This document shows positions 10,343-19,949 of a stretch of 64,000 nucleotides of DNA, one piece after another; within the stretch, counting starts at the first letter, position 1; every line of letters begins with the position of its first letter. The stretch covers positions 1 to 64,000 of the forward strand of contig JAHLVW010000016.1 of assembly GCA_019058275.1 (NCBI GenBank), in the 5' to 3' direction. The position numbers were made by a program, and so were the translations under genes. This DNA is from Candidatus Heimdallarchaeota archaeon. Its GTDB lineage: Archaea > Asgardarchaeota > Heimdallarchaeia > JABLTI01. Below the pieces are notes generated by a model that searched no databases, had not been told where the DNA came from, and worked only from the letters and a program-made list of their open reading frames with translations.

Positions 10343-11041
10343 CTAACCAGTTATTATTCTACCACAATAATCACACTTGATTTCTTCACCAGGCAAAGGT
10401 GGTTCTGTAAGGTGAGCACCACAATGAGGACAATTTGTTGGAGCTTGAGCAAGTTGATCGCTTCCTTCTCGAGAGAGAATTTTTCCACTCTTCCAATCAT
10501 AGGTTCCGGTAAATAATCCTCTTTTTTCCATACCCACAACAATTCGTTTTATTTCTTCAACTGTCATGCCTGTTTCAATACTTAACTCTTCCAAAGTAAT
10601 CCTACGTTTTGAGTTAATAATGCCAATAAGTCTTTCTGCAATAGAACGTCCTTCTTGTGTAACAAAATCACCAGTTGCTTTATCAAAATAAACTATGATT
10701 AAACCCTTTTCAATAATCCTTGAAACTGATTTTTCGACTTTTTCTTCGTTACTATGAGCCTTTTCTGCAAGAACAGCTGGAGTAATTCGATCATGTTTCT
10801 CTAATATTTTTGAGACTTTAAGGTCAAAAGCATTGTTTCCAACATCTATGAATGCTAAGATTAACAAAATAATTCCAGGAATAAAAAGTATAGATCCCAT
10901 AACAATTCCACTAATCATACCTCCAAAGCTGTTATCCCATGAAACATCAAATACATAACCAATAATTGGAATTCCTGCACTGAAAAAGCCAGTAATTGTT
11001 AATAATATTCCGAAAGTCCATTTAAGAGCAGTTCGAACCAT
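10343..11041 (-). CDS. Two-TM protein with winged-helix (PCI-like) domains and a C-terminal zinc ribbon
   Basis: 2 N-terminal TM helices; two WH-like units; CPHCG...CDYCG. Confidence 0.7.
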   Translation of the reverse strand: MVRTALKWTFGILLTITGFFSAGIPIIGYVFDVSWDNSFGGMISGIVMGSILFIPGIILLILAFIDVGNNAFDLKVSKILEKHDRITPAVLAEKAHSNEEKVEKSVSRIIEKGLIIVYFDKATGDFVTQEGRSIAERLIGIINSKRRITLEELSIETGMTVEEIKRIVVGMEKRGLFTGTYDWKSGKILSREGSDQLAQAPTNCPHCGAHLTEPPLPGEEIKCDYCGRIITG

Positions 11042-11204
11042 TGAATTTACATCCTTTTGAAATAACTTATCGTTAACATAGATATATTTTTCTTTACTAT
11101 GAAAAAAAACTTTCCTAATGATTCTTAGATGATTAAAAGTTTAAAAGTAAGACAAAAAGAGTTTAATGAGAAAGTAAAATAGCTCAACATAAAGGTGGTT
11201 TCAA

Positions 11205-11573
11205 ATGAATAAACTTGATGAATTTAAAAAATATCGAGAAAAAATGAATGAAAAGATTTTAGCAAGTGATAATAAACAAATAAAGAGATTTTTTGCTCTA
11301 GACTCTCGAGCATATGAAGAGGGATTATTATCAGTTAAAGTGAAAGAATTATTGGGACTTGTAGCATCAACTGTTCTTAGATGCGATGATTGTATAACAT
11401 ACCATATCATAAATTGTGTAAAGGAAGGAGTAACTCCCGAAGAGTTTTTTGAAGCAATGAATATTGCATTAATTGTAGGTGGTTCAATAATTATCCCTCA
11501 TTTAAGAAAAGCAGTTGAGATTTTTGAAGAATGTATAAGATTGCAAAATGAAGGAAAAGAACTAGCATTATAA
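11205..11573 (+). CDS. Carboxymuconolactone decarboxylase/AhpD family protein
   Basis: KELLGLVAS..LRCDDCITYH. Confidence 0.88.
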   Translation: MNKLDEFKKYREKMNEKILASDNKQIKRFFALDSRAYEEGLLSVKVKELLGLVASTVLRCDDCITYHIINCVKEGVTPEEFFEAMNIALIVGGSIIIPHLRKAVEIFEECIRLQNEGKELAL

Positions 11574-11620
11574 CAAAAAAAGAAAATAAAATAGGCAGTT
11601 AATATTGCTATTAACGCCCA

Positions 11621-13108
11621 TTATTTCTTCTTCTCAGGATAGAGATTCTTATAGGGAGCTCTTTCACCAACTAAGTATTTTTCGTGTGGATCAGTTATAA
11701 AGAATAATAGTATCACTCCAATGATGAAGAATAAGATTAATCCTCCTAAAGCAAATCTGTAAGCATGATGCACTCCAAAAGGTCCAGCAAATGCATAGAT
11801 AAGACCTGAAAAGATAAGGGGAGAAGCAATCGCACTTACTCTGCCTGCAATTTTTTGAAAACCACCGTATTGCGCCATCTTGTGTGGAGGTGCTAATTCC
11901 ATAATGAACTGCCGACCTATAATCCATATGCCACCGAATCCTATACCGATGAAGAATGCTCCAATAAACATTGGCCATTTGATAAACTCAACACCAACAT
12001 TTGGAAAAGTCCAACCAGAGACCATAACAATCAAAATAGCTATTGCCCAACTAATACCGTTAATTATGAAAGTTAATTTTGGACCAAATTTACTCATAAA
12101 GAATCCAGTTAGAAGAGCAAAAACAAAACTTCCGCCTATGCCTGCAAAAATGACATAATTAGTTACTTCTGGTGTATATCCTACAGCTCCTTGGATCACA
12201 ATAGCCATGTACATAATTGCAGTATTTGCTGCATCCGTAATAAAGAACCAACTTAAGAAGAAGATAATGGAATTACGATCTTTTACTATTTCTTTGAGAG
12301 TGACTCTGAAATCCTTTATGGATTCTTTGAAGTTTTCCTTCATAGTACTTTCTTGAGGATTCTCAACTTCCTTATGGAATAGATAAGGTATTGCCATTAA
12401 TAATATAACAGCTGCACCAATAACAAAAAGCCATTTAATGTTTTCAAAATCTGCTAGTGTAAAACTATCATAATAATCTGGGTCTGCTTCCCAAACTGCT
12501 GAATCAATGTGTTCCCAATCACCAATAAACGATCCAACAATCATAGTGGTTACTACAGCAAAAACAGAGCCAAAAAAGCTTAGTGAACCACCAACTGCTT
12601 GTAAAATGGTACGTGATTCAGTTTGAGCAATGAAAGGAATCTGTGCATCATAGAACATCCGACCAGCTTGATAACAGAAATTAGCTATCATAAACATAAC
12701 TGATGCCCACCAAAAGTTTACCCAAGCGGTTATTACTGCTGATGTTGCAATCATAATACTGGCTACTATTATTACAGCACCCTTCCGTTTCCCAACTTTA
12801 TCTGATATCGATCCCATTATTGGACCCATTACGGCTATTAATAAGTTTGAAACAGCCATAAAAATAGATACAATAATGAAGGATTTTTCATAAGACCAAC
12901 CCAATTGATATATACCAAGCACGAGAGCAAATGGTGTATAAGCTAAGCTGATAATTAATTGTGAAAAGTAAGTATCTGCAGCGTCATAAAAATACCAGAG
13001 AAAAGCATTTGACCAACCAGTAGTTTTTGCTTCTATACTTGCTGAATCGTCAGATTCTATATCACCTGTCAATTCTGCTTTTTCAGCAGCTTCAATGTGA
13101 TCTGCCAT
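11621..13108 (-). CDS. MFS transporter (UMF1/Atg22-like)
   Basis: WYFYDAA, GSISDKVGKRK, about 12 TM helices. Confidence 0.85.
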   Translation of the reverse strand: MADHIEAAEKAELTGDIESDDSASIEAKTTGWSNAFLWYFYDAADTYFSQLIISLAYTPFALVLGIYQLGWSYEKSFIIVSIFMAVSNLLIAVMGPIMGSISDKVGKRKGAVIIVASIMIATSAVITAWVNFWWASVMFMIANFCYQAGRMFYDAQIPFIAQTESRTILQAVGGSLSFFGSVFAVVTTMIVGSFIGDWEHIDSAVWEADPDYYDSFTLADFENIKWLFVIGAAVILLMAIPYLFHKEVENPQESTMKENFKESIKDFRVTLKEIVKDRNSIIFFLSWFFITDAANTAIMYMAIVIQGAVGYTPEVTNYVIFAGIGGSFVFALLTGFFMSKFGPKLTFIINGISWAIAILIVMVSGWTFPNVGVEFIKWPMFIGAFFIGIGFGGIWIIGRQFIMELAPPHKMAQYGGFQKIAGRVSAIASPLIFSGLIYAFAGPFGVHHAYRFALGGLILFFIIGVILLFFITDPHEKYLVGERAPYKNLYPEKKK

Positions 13109-13295
13109 TTATTTCACCAATCCCAACGATGAGTCCTTGACAAAAATCTTTAATGGGAGTAGTTTTGTAAACTTTTAAATATTATTCTCGATTTGTCGAT
13201 AATCTTTATTGATTAGGTTTATTTCTCAAATACTTTTTATAGTTGAACCGTATGACAAAATACTATTAACATCCAATTATTGGAGTTATTTAACT

Positions 13296-13844
13296 ATGAG
13301 CACAAAAGCAGAAAAAGCTGAAAAAGGCGTAAAACCAGAAAAGCCAGATGTTAAAGTTGCTCTAGCAACTTTTAATGAAAGACTTATTGCAGCTCTTATT
13401 GATTATGGAATTGTATACGCACTCTATATTTTTGCGATAATTTTCTTCTCAGTCATTACTATTTTCATCACATGGTTAGGAATCATTTTAGGTTTATTGA
13501 TGACTGGTATAGGTTTAGCTGCTGGATTTTATATTTGGGTTTGGATGCCTTATAAAAATGAAGGACAAACAATTGGTAAGAAGATGCAGAATATTAAAAT
13601 CATGTTCATTAAGGACGAAGCTAAATGGACCTTACGACCTGTTGAAGAGGATGATATGACTCAATTACTTCTTAGAGCCATTATAGGTGCAATAGAAGCA
13701 ACAGCAATACCTATTGTCATAGCTTGGTATTTTATCACCAATGATAAGAACAGACAAAGATTTGCTGATCAATTAGCAAAAACAGTTGTTGTTCAATGCG
13801 ACCCAGAGACTAAAGAACCTTTGAAGAAACCAAGAGAAGGATAA
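13296..13844 (+). CDS. RDD family membrane protein
   Basis: RLIAALID, GQTIGK, QRFADQLAKTVVV; likely start ATG at 13296. Confidence 0.88.
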   Translation: MSTKAEKAEKGVKPEKPDVKVALATFNERLIAALIDYGIVYALYIFAIIFFSVITIFITWLGIILGLLMTGIGLAAGFYIWVWMPYKNEGQTIGKKMQNIKIMFIKDEAKWTLRPVEEDDMTQLLLRAIIGAIEATAIPIVIAWYFITNDKNRQRFADQLAKTVVVQCDPETKEPLKKPREG

Positions 13845-13952
13845 TTCTCTTAATCCTTTTTTATTTCAATTGTAATTATTCATTTGAAAAAATAATTGAA
13901 GGATCCAATAAAATCGGATCCATTTCTATTTTTCTAGCTTTTTTCGTAGTGG

Positions 13953-16040
13953 CTATCCTATTCCACCGCCTCCTCCTCCTCCACCACCGCCACCGAAACC
14001 TCCACCAAAACCACTGATACCACCACTAGAAGATGGAGGAGTAAATCCCTCACTCATATTTGAGATGGCAGTTGTTAGTCCTTCAGCCATATTAGAGATA
14101 GCTTTTGGCAAACTTTCAGCCATATTACTGATTCCACTAACAACAGATTCAAAACCCCTACCCATGCTGTCGAAGCCAGTAATTGTTCTATGTCTTGGTC
14201 CACCAGCAGATGGAATGTAGATACGGGGATAGTAATACCAATAGGGAGTTATGAAGTGGTAATCATCTCGAGGTGGTTGTTTAGATACCCTTCGAGAAAT
14301 ATGTTTGAGATGGTTTGGTAAATCGAAGTTTGGTGCTACCAATAAATAAGAGAAATGATCCATTGAATAGTTAAACTGATCATATGGATCTGGGAATCCT
14401 AGCATTTGTCCTCTTATCAATTGTAAATAGCTTTCCCAACTGGCTTTCATTTCCGCACCATGTTTAGTTAGTTTTGGCATTCTCCTTGAAAGTAATAATC
14501 CAATAAAACTAGCAACTACAACACCAATAATACCAGTTAGTAAATTACTGATAAACAATAGTGACGAAGCAAAAAATAGAATAACTGATCCACCGATACC
14601 TGTAAAGATTGCAGCACCGAAATAGAATCCTCTGATTTTTTCTGGATCTGATTCAAAATATTTAGTATCGCCACCAGCCAATCTATTATAAACATCTGTT
14701 TTATGTGTCCATAAAGAGCGAATATTTGTTTTGATAGTAGATAGTGATGTTACTTCAACGGGAATTTCCTTTGACTTTTTAGTCTCATCTTTAAACCAGA
14801 TTGTTTCATAGGAATTCTTTTCTATAAACTTTAAGATACCTCGATCGAATTTTGATAGACTGCCATAATATTCATCCTTTTCTGTTCTTTGGAAGAAAAT
14901 TTCATCACTATCTGTTGTTTGTATTAATTTGAGGTATCCTGTTTCTGCCAAATAGAATATCTCTGCAATAAAATCTATCTTATCAAATTTCTCATCCAGT
15001 AATGTTCCAACTTCTGCTGGTGTAAGATCATTCGGTGGTCCTACTTCACTAACAACACGCATCCCATCACCACATTGAGGACAGTATTTTATTTTTCGCA
15101 AGTCTCTAAAACCACATTGGAAGCATTTTTTCATTGCAACTTCATTTAATGTTGGAATTACTTTTGCTTTGGGATCTATCCCTTTTACAAGAAAAGCAAT
15201 GATAAAGAACAGAAATATTGGAACAAATCCAATAGCTATTACTAATATCCAATTTGTATTTAGATATACCCTCCAAGAGAAAGGCATATCAATTCCTGCT
15301 GGTGGTGAATCTGTATCAATAGTATAGCTTGAGTAAGGAGCGACTACGCTTTGATGATAAGTTACTATTGTATGACCAGTTACATTTGCTACAGATCCAG
15401 CATCGTTACCTTGTGATTGTCCCTCATAATAAGTTGTTGAATTAATATCACTTAAAGAGTATTCTTTTGGAAAAATCACAGTAGTATCAATATCATATAT
15501 TGAGACTTCAAATTCACCACCAATGACATTCCAGTAAACCCTATCTCGATTCCCACGGAGATCCATTGCTGAAGATACATTGTAAGTTAGAATAAAAATG
15601 TATTCTGTATTTGATGGTACAGATGTTCTTAACCATTCCCACTTAAAGTGGATTACTCCAGCTTCCCTTTCCATATCATAGTAATTTATTGAAGGAGTAC
15701 CAGCTCCAGAGCTAATACTCCATGAATTAATGTCGTGAAAACTACGCCATTTTAAATCTCGAAAAACAAATCCATAGGAACCAGCGTCTAACCTAAAGGT
15801 CATTTCCTCAACAATTAATAGTGAACCATCCATTCCAATGGTTATATTTTGATTCCAATCTGAATAAATATAACCATTAGTATCCAAACCGCCACCACTA
15901 ATGGGTGATTGTATTTTTGCTACAACATCTCTAGTAACTAAAAAAGCAATACTCATATTGAGTGAAATGACTATTAAGAGTAAAACAATTGATTTAATTT
16001 GTCTGTTTTTTATTTTCAAATTATTAGAATCCTCCAGCAA
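13953..16040 (-). CDS. DUF2207 (YciQ-like) membrane protein with an inserted zinc ribbon
   Basis: DGSLLIVEEMTF, YWNVIG, PPNDLTPAEVGTL, Gly-rich C-terminus; CFQCG...CPQCG insert. Confidence 0.85.
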   Translation of the reverse strand: MLEDSNNLKIKNRQIKSIVLLLIVISLNMSIAFLVTRDVVAKIQSPISGGGLDTNGYIYSDWNQNITIGMDGSLLIVEEMTFRLDAGSYGFVFRDLKWRSFHDINSWSISSGAGTPSINYYDMEREAGVIHFKWEWLRTSVPSNTEYIFILTYNVSSAMDLRGNRDRVYWNVIGGEFEVSIYDIDTTVIFPKEYSLSDINSTTYYEGQSQGNDAGSVANVTGHTIVTYHQSVVAPYSSYTIDTDSPPAGIDMPFSWRVYLNTNWILVIAIGFVPIFLFFIIAFLVKGIDPKAKVIPTLNEVAMKKCFQCGFRDLRKIKYCPQCGDGMRVVSEVGPPNDLTPAEVGTLLDEKFDKIDFIAEIFYLAETGYLKLIQTTDSDEIFFQRTEKDEYYGSLSKFDRGILKFIEKNSYETIWFKDETKKSKEIPVEVTSLSTIKTNIRSLWTHKTDVYNRLAGGDTKYFESDPEKIRGFYFGAAIFTGIGGSVILFFASSLLFISNLLTGIIGVVVASFIGLLLSRRMPKLTKHGAEMKASWESYLQLIRGQMLGFPDPYDQFNYSMDHFSYLLVAPNFDLPNHLKHISRRVSKQPPRDDYHFITPYWYYYPRIYIPSAGGPRHRTITGFDSMGRGFESVVSGISNMAESLPKAISNMAEGLTTAISNMSEGFTPPSSSGGISGFGGGFGGGGGGGGGGGIG

Positions 16041-16205
16041 ATAACTGGCAGAATATTGATTTTTTTTCTTTTATGGGTAGTCTATAGAGAATTGTAATTT
16101 TCATTATTAAAAAAATTACCTTTCAGAAAAGAGAATGAGTAAAATAAAATTACTTTTTCAGTCCAAGCTATGCTTCAAGATGTAATATTGCCTTAAGACA
16201 TATGT

Positions 16206-16213
16206 TTTATAAA
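16206..16213 (+). promoter_or_regulatory. TATA box for the structured RNA/dnaG transcript
   Basis: TTTATAAA centred ~26 nt upstream of the first base-paired segment (16236). Confidence 0.5.
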
Positions 16214-16235
16214 ACAGAAATACACTAATAATACA

Positions 16236-16710
16236 ATCAGTGAAAGACAAAGGTTTAAAAACTTCGATGAAAGAAAACTGATAACGAAAAATTAACAATA
16301 ATATAAACAGATAAACGATAAAAAGATTGAAAAGAAAAATTCACAACATTGCTCTAACCAAAAATGTAGAGAGCAATTTCATCAATAATTAGGATTACTG
16401 GATTATTATTAATAATCACTCAAGATAATTTCAATTATTTAGGAGAATTAATGAGTAAAAATGGAAGAAGATTTCCATTTTTAAAATCAAAAAGCGGTAG
16501 TTTAAAAATACTACAAGAAGAGATAAAGAACATTCAGGAAATGTTCTATTACTCTAGTAAAGAATAGATGAATTGTAGATTCTTTTTAATCTTCTAGTAC
16601 ACAAAAGAAAAGTGTAAATAAAATTCGAAAAAAAAGGAATGTCTAGTTTAATTAAATGGAAAATTTCCTAAGTTTTCGATTGTTTGTTCTATTTTATTGT
16701 TAATCACTGA
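16236..16710 (+). ncRNA. Candidate large structured RNA or dnaG leader
   Basis: Nested long-range stems: 16237-42/16705-10, 16291-301/16694-704, 16310-19/16679-88, 16323-36/16580-93; at least 6 internal hairpins; G-U pairs favour the + strand. Confidence 0.65.
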
Positions 16711-16738
16711 ATCAAACCTATGGAGGTTAGATATACAG

Positions 16739-18184
16739 ATGAAAGAAAATAACGTTAACATAAATCATGATGATAAAGAATCAACTACTACCAAATATAT
16801 GATCTATGCTGATTTTAACATAGATGGTTTAGTTGAGAAGCCAGATGTAGTTGGTGCTTTATTTGGACAAACAGAAGGATTGTTGTCCGAAGAGCTAGAA
16901 CTACGTGAGTTACAGAAAGGTGGCAAAGTAGGCAGAATTCAAGTTTACTTATCGGTTAGGGGTGGCAAGACAAAAGGTAGTATTAGCATTCCATCAAGTT
17001 TAGATAAGGTTGAAACTTCAATTTTAGCAGCAGCTATCGAAACTGTAGATCGTATTGGCCCTTGTAATGCTAAAATTAGTATTAGAAGAATTGAAGATAT
17101 AAGAAAAGAGAAAATGAAGAAGATTCGAGAACGAGCTTCTGAATTATTACAAAAATGGAATACCGAAGCATCTCAAGAATCTAGTCATCTCACAGATGAG
17201 GTTCTAAAAGCTGCAAGAATTGGAGGAATAACCCATTTTGGTCAATTACCGGCTGGACCAGAATTAAATGATTCAGATACAATAATTATTGTAGAAGGAA
17301 GAGCTGATATCGCAGCTTGCCTTCGCGCAGGTGTAAGAAATACAGTTGCTGTTCAAGGAGCATCTGTTCCAAAATCAGTTATTAATCTTACAAAAAGGAA
17401 AACTGTAATAGCTTTCTTGGATGGTGATCGAGGAGGGGATTTAATCCTCAAAGAATTGCTAATGTATGCAGATATTGACTACATTGCACGAGCACCTAAA
17501 GGTAAAGAAGTTGAAGAACTAAAACCAGATGAAATAATTGATCAACTTAGCAAAAAAGTTCCAATTGAAATAGCAAGTTTTGTGTCAGAAATTCATGCAA
17601 GTGAAATTGTTCAAAAGGCTATAAAAAGAAAGGCAGCTAAAAAGATACCAATTGCAAAAGCGCCATATTCTAAAGAAAGAGTCGAGAGACAACCAATCAA
17701 GAAGGAAGCTGAGAAAGCAAGAGCTCCTCCCCCTCCTAGAGGAAGTCCTAGAAAGACTCAACCTGCACCTAAAGATTATAGAACAGATTCAAGACAAACT
17801 ACAAGACGTGCACCTCCTAGAGATAGTAGAAGGAGATATCCACAAAGGGATAGAAGACCCTCATATAGAGATTCTCGTCCTAGAACATTTAAACCAAAAA
17901 TACCCGAAGAGTTAATGCCAATAGTAAAAGAAATCGACAATAAAGAAAAACAAGAAGGTATATTTCTTAACGAAAAATTGAAGAAAGTAAAGAGAGTACC
18001 AGTCGAAGCAATATACGATGAAATTAAGAAATCAAAAGGCGTAACCAAAGTGGTCTTCGATGGAGTTATAACTCAAAGACTAATTGATGCTTGCAACGAA
18101 AAGAAGATTGATGTTATAATTGGTGCAAGAATGGCAGATGTAGAAAAACGTCCTGCAAATCTTAAAGTATTTACTTTTGCTTAA
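16739..18184 (+). CDS. dnaG: Archaeal DnaG (TOPRIM; exosome-associated)
   Basis: GLVEKPDVVGALFGQTEGLL, IIIVEGRAD, FLDGDRGG, FDGVITQRL; GGAGG at 16722, ATG at 16739. Confidence 0.95.
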   Translation: MKENNVNINHDDKESTTTKYMIYADFNIDGLVEKPDVVGALFGQTEGLLSEELELRELQKGGKVGRIQVYLSVRGGKTKGSISIPSSLDKVETSILAAAIETVDRIGPCNAKISIRRIEDIRKEKMKKIRERASELLQKWNTEASQESSHLTDEVLKAARIGGITHFGQLPAGPELNDSDTIIIVEGRADIAACLRAGVRNTVAVQGASVPKSVINLTKRKTVIAFLDGDRGGDLILKELLMYADIDYIARAPKGKEVEELKPDEIIDQLSKKVPIEIASFVSEIHASEIVQKAIKRKAAKKIPIAKAPYSKERVERQPIKKEAEKARAPPPPRGSPRKTQPAPKDYRTDSRQTTRRAPPRDSRRRYPQRDRRPSYRDSRPRTFKPKIPEELMPIVKEIDNKEKQEGIFLNEKLKKVKRVPVEAIYDEIKKSKGVTKVVFDGVITQRLIDACNEKKIDVIIGARMADVEKRPANLKVFTFA

Positions 18185-18201
18185 AATTAATAACTCTAAA
18201 A

Positions 18202-18230
18202 TGTTGGTTAAATATAAAATTTAACCAACA
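18202..18230 (+). terminator. Hairpin downstream of dnaG
   Basis: TGTTGGTTAAAT/ATTTAACCAACA 12-bp inverted repeat followed by a T tract. Confidence 0.6.
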
Positions 18231-18330
18231 AAACCTCATTTTTTTAGTAATTTTGTTAAATTATGGATATAATATATAGATAATCTATTATTTTAAGAGG
18301 GCTGTTTTGTATAAGTTAATCGTGCTTAAA

Positions 18331-19917
18331 ATGTCTAGGGGTCAAGAAAAAGCTTATTCGGATGAATTTAAAAATAATAAATCTAACGAACATTCAGGTG
18401 AAGTGAATAAAACTCCTAGTGAATTTTCTGATGAATCTCGTATTATTAGAATGAAAGATATCGAAGATACGTTTGATGTTCCAATCCCAAAAGATCCCTT
18501 AAAGAGGATTATTGGGCAGGATTTTGCTATTAGAATTGCTAGAATAGCAGCTCATCAAAAAAGAAATCTTTTGTTAATTGGACCGCCAGGTATCGGAAAA
18601 TCTATGATTGCTCAAGCATTATCTTTCCATTTAGGACAACCATCAGAGGAAATATGGATAGTTCATAATCCTGAGAATCCTGAAAGACCCTTCTACGAAA
18701 GAAAGAAACTGCATGAACTAAAAAGCAGGAAAGAGAGAAACATTAACAGTGGAGAGTATGGCAAGCTTATTCATCCATCTAAAGCACCTTTTGATGTTGC
18801 AGTAAAATTAGGTTTCGCTTGTGAACAATGTAGAAAGTTCTCCATACCAGAAACAAGAATTTGTCCACATTGTAGTCAATCAAAGAGAAAAAAAACTCAG
18901 TCTCGTTTTGGTGACTTACTTTCGCTTTCTCCTTTTAGAGCAAAATCAACTGATGGAACAAAAGTATCTAAGGCAATTCAACTTCCTGATGGTAGAGAAG
19001 AGATATTGCTTTTCGAAGAAGCTGGAAATAATATTCGTGTTTTTGATCAGGAAGCGATTGAATTATCAAAAGCAAAAAAGGGTCCACACCCTATGAAGGT
19101 TCTTGTACCTATTAGACGGTCTCTTTTTGTTCAAGCAACTGGTGCAAGTCCAACTGAATTATTAGGAGATTGTTTACATGATCCTTATGGGGGTCATCAT
19201 AAATTAGGAACTCCACCTTACAAACGAGTAGTTGCTGGAACAATTCATGAAGCTCATCAAGGTGTTCTCTTCATTGATGAATTATCTCAATTAGGAATAT
19301 TACAACGATCACTTCTGACTGCTCTACAAGAGAAAAGATTCCCTATCATTGGTAGAAACCCTCAAAGTTCAGGAGCTTCTGTACGTGTTGATGATGTTCC
19401 ATGTGAATTCGTGTTAGTGGCAGCCTGCAATATTGCTGATCTACCAAAGATTATTCCACCTTTAAGATCCAGGATTCAAGGAGATGGGTATGAAGTCCTT
19501 CTTAAGACTACAATGCCTGACAATGACGTTAATCGATTAAAACTTATACAATTTATTGCTCAAGAAATCATAAGAGATGACAAAATACCAGTCATGGATA
19601 GAAAAGGTATTTTTGAAGTTCTTAAATGTGCTAGAATTATTGCAAAAAAGATAGACAGCGAAGAATCTTCTTTAACATTAAGATTAAGAGAATTAGCTGG
19701 TGTTATTAAAGTTGCAGGTGATTTAGCTGTAACAAATAATAATGATAGGATTACCAGCAAACACGTCAAAGCAGCAATGGATATTGCCAAACCTCTAGAA
19801 GAGCAAATTCTGCAAAGATATGGTTCATTTGAAGCTGCATTTAAGAGCGAGAAAAGAGGCATTCCCACAACTTCAGATGATCAAAAACAAGCTCCATTCA
19901 ACTTCTGGAATGGGTAA
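18331..19917 (+). CDS. LonB-related AAA+ ATPase without a protease domain
   Basis: IIGQD, GPPGIGKS, HDPYGG, HEAHQGVLFIDE, LRSRI, LRLRELAG; ends without a Lon Ser-Lys domain. Confidence 0.85.
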   Translation: MSRGQEKAYSDEFKNNKSNEHSGEVNKTPSEFSDESRIIRMKDIEDTFDVPIPKDPLKRIIGQDFAIRIARIAAHQKRNLLLIGPPGIGKSMIAQALSFHLGQPSEEIWIVHNPENPERPFYERKKLHELKSRKERNINSGEYGKLIHPSKAPFDVAVKLGFACEQCRKFSIPETRICPHCSQSKRKKTQSRFGDLLSLSPFRAKSTDGTKVSKAIQLPDGREEILLFEEAGNNIRVFDQEAIELSKAKKGPHPMKVLVPIRRSLFVQATGASPTELLGDCLHDPYGGHHKLGTPPYKRVVAGTIHEAHQGVLFIDELSQLGILQRSLLTALQEKRFPIIGRNPQSSGASVRVDDVPCEFVLVAACNIADLPKIIPPLRSRIQGDGYEVLLKTTMPDNDVNRLKLIQFIAQEIIRDDKIPVMDRKGIFEVLKCARIIAKKIDSEESSLTLRLRELAGVIKVAGDLAVTNNNDRITSKHVKAAMDIAKPLEEQILQRYGSFEAAFKSEKRGIPTTSDDQKQAPFNFWNG

Positions 19918-19949
19918 AAAAGGAATATAGTTAAACTATATTCATTTTT

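Noticed and set aside
13955-14040. GC-rich CCN repeat tract as a repeat element
   Set aside because: It encodes the normal Gly-rich tail of DUF2207 proteins
16236-16710. RNase P RNA, SRP RNA or replication origin
   Set aside because: No GAGGAAAGUCC or AACAGAA core and no SRP helix-8 motif within the structure; no ORB G-strings or adjacent orc1/cdc6
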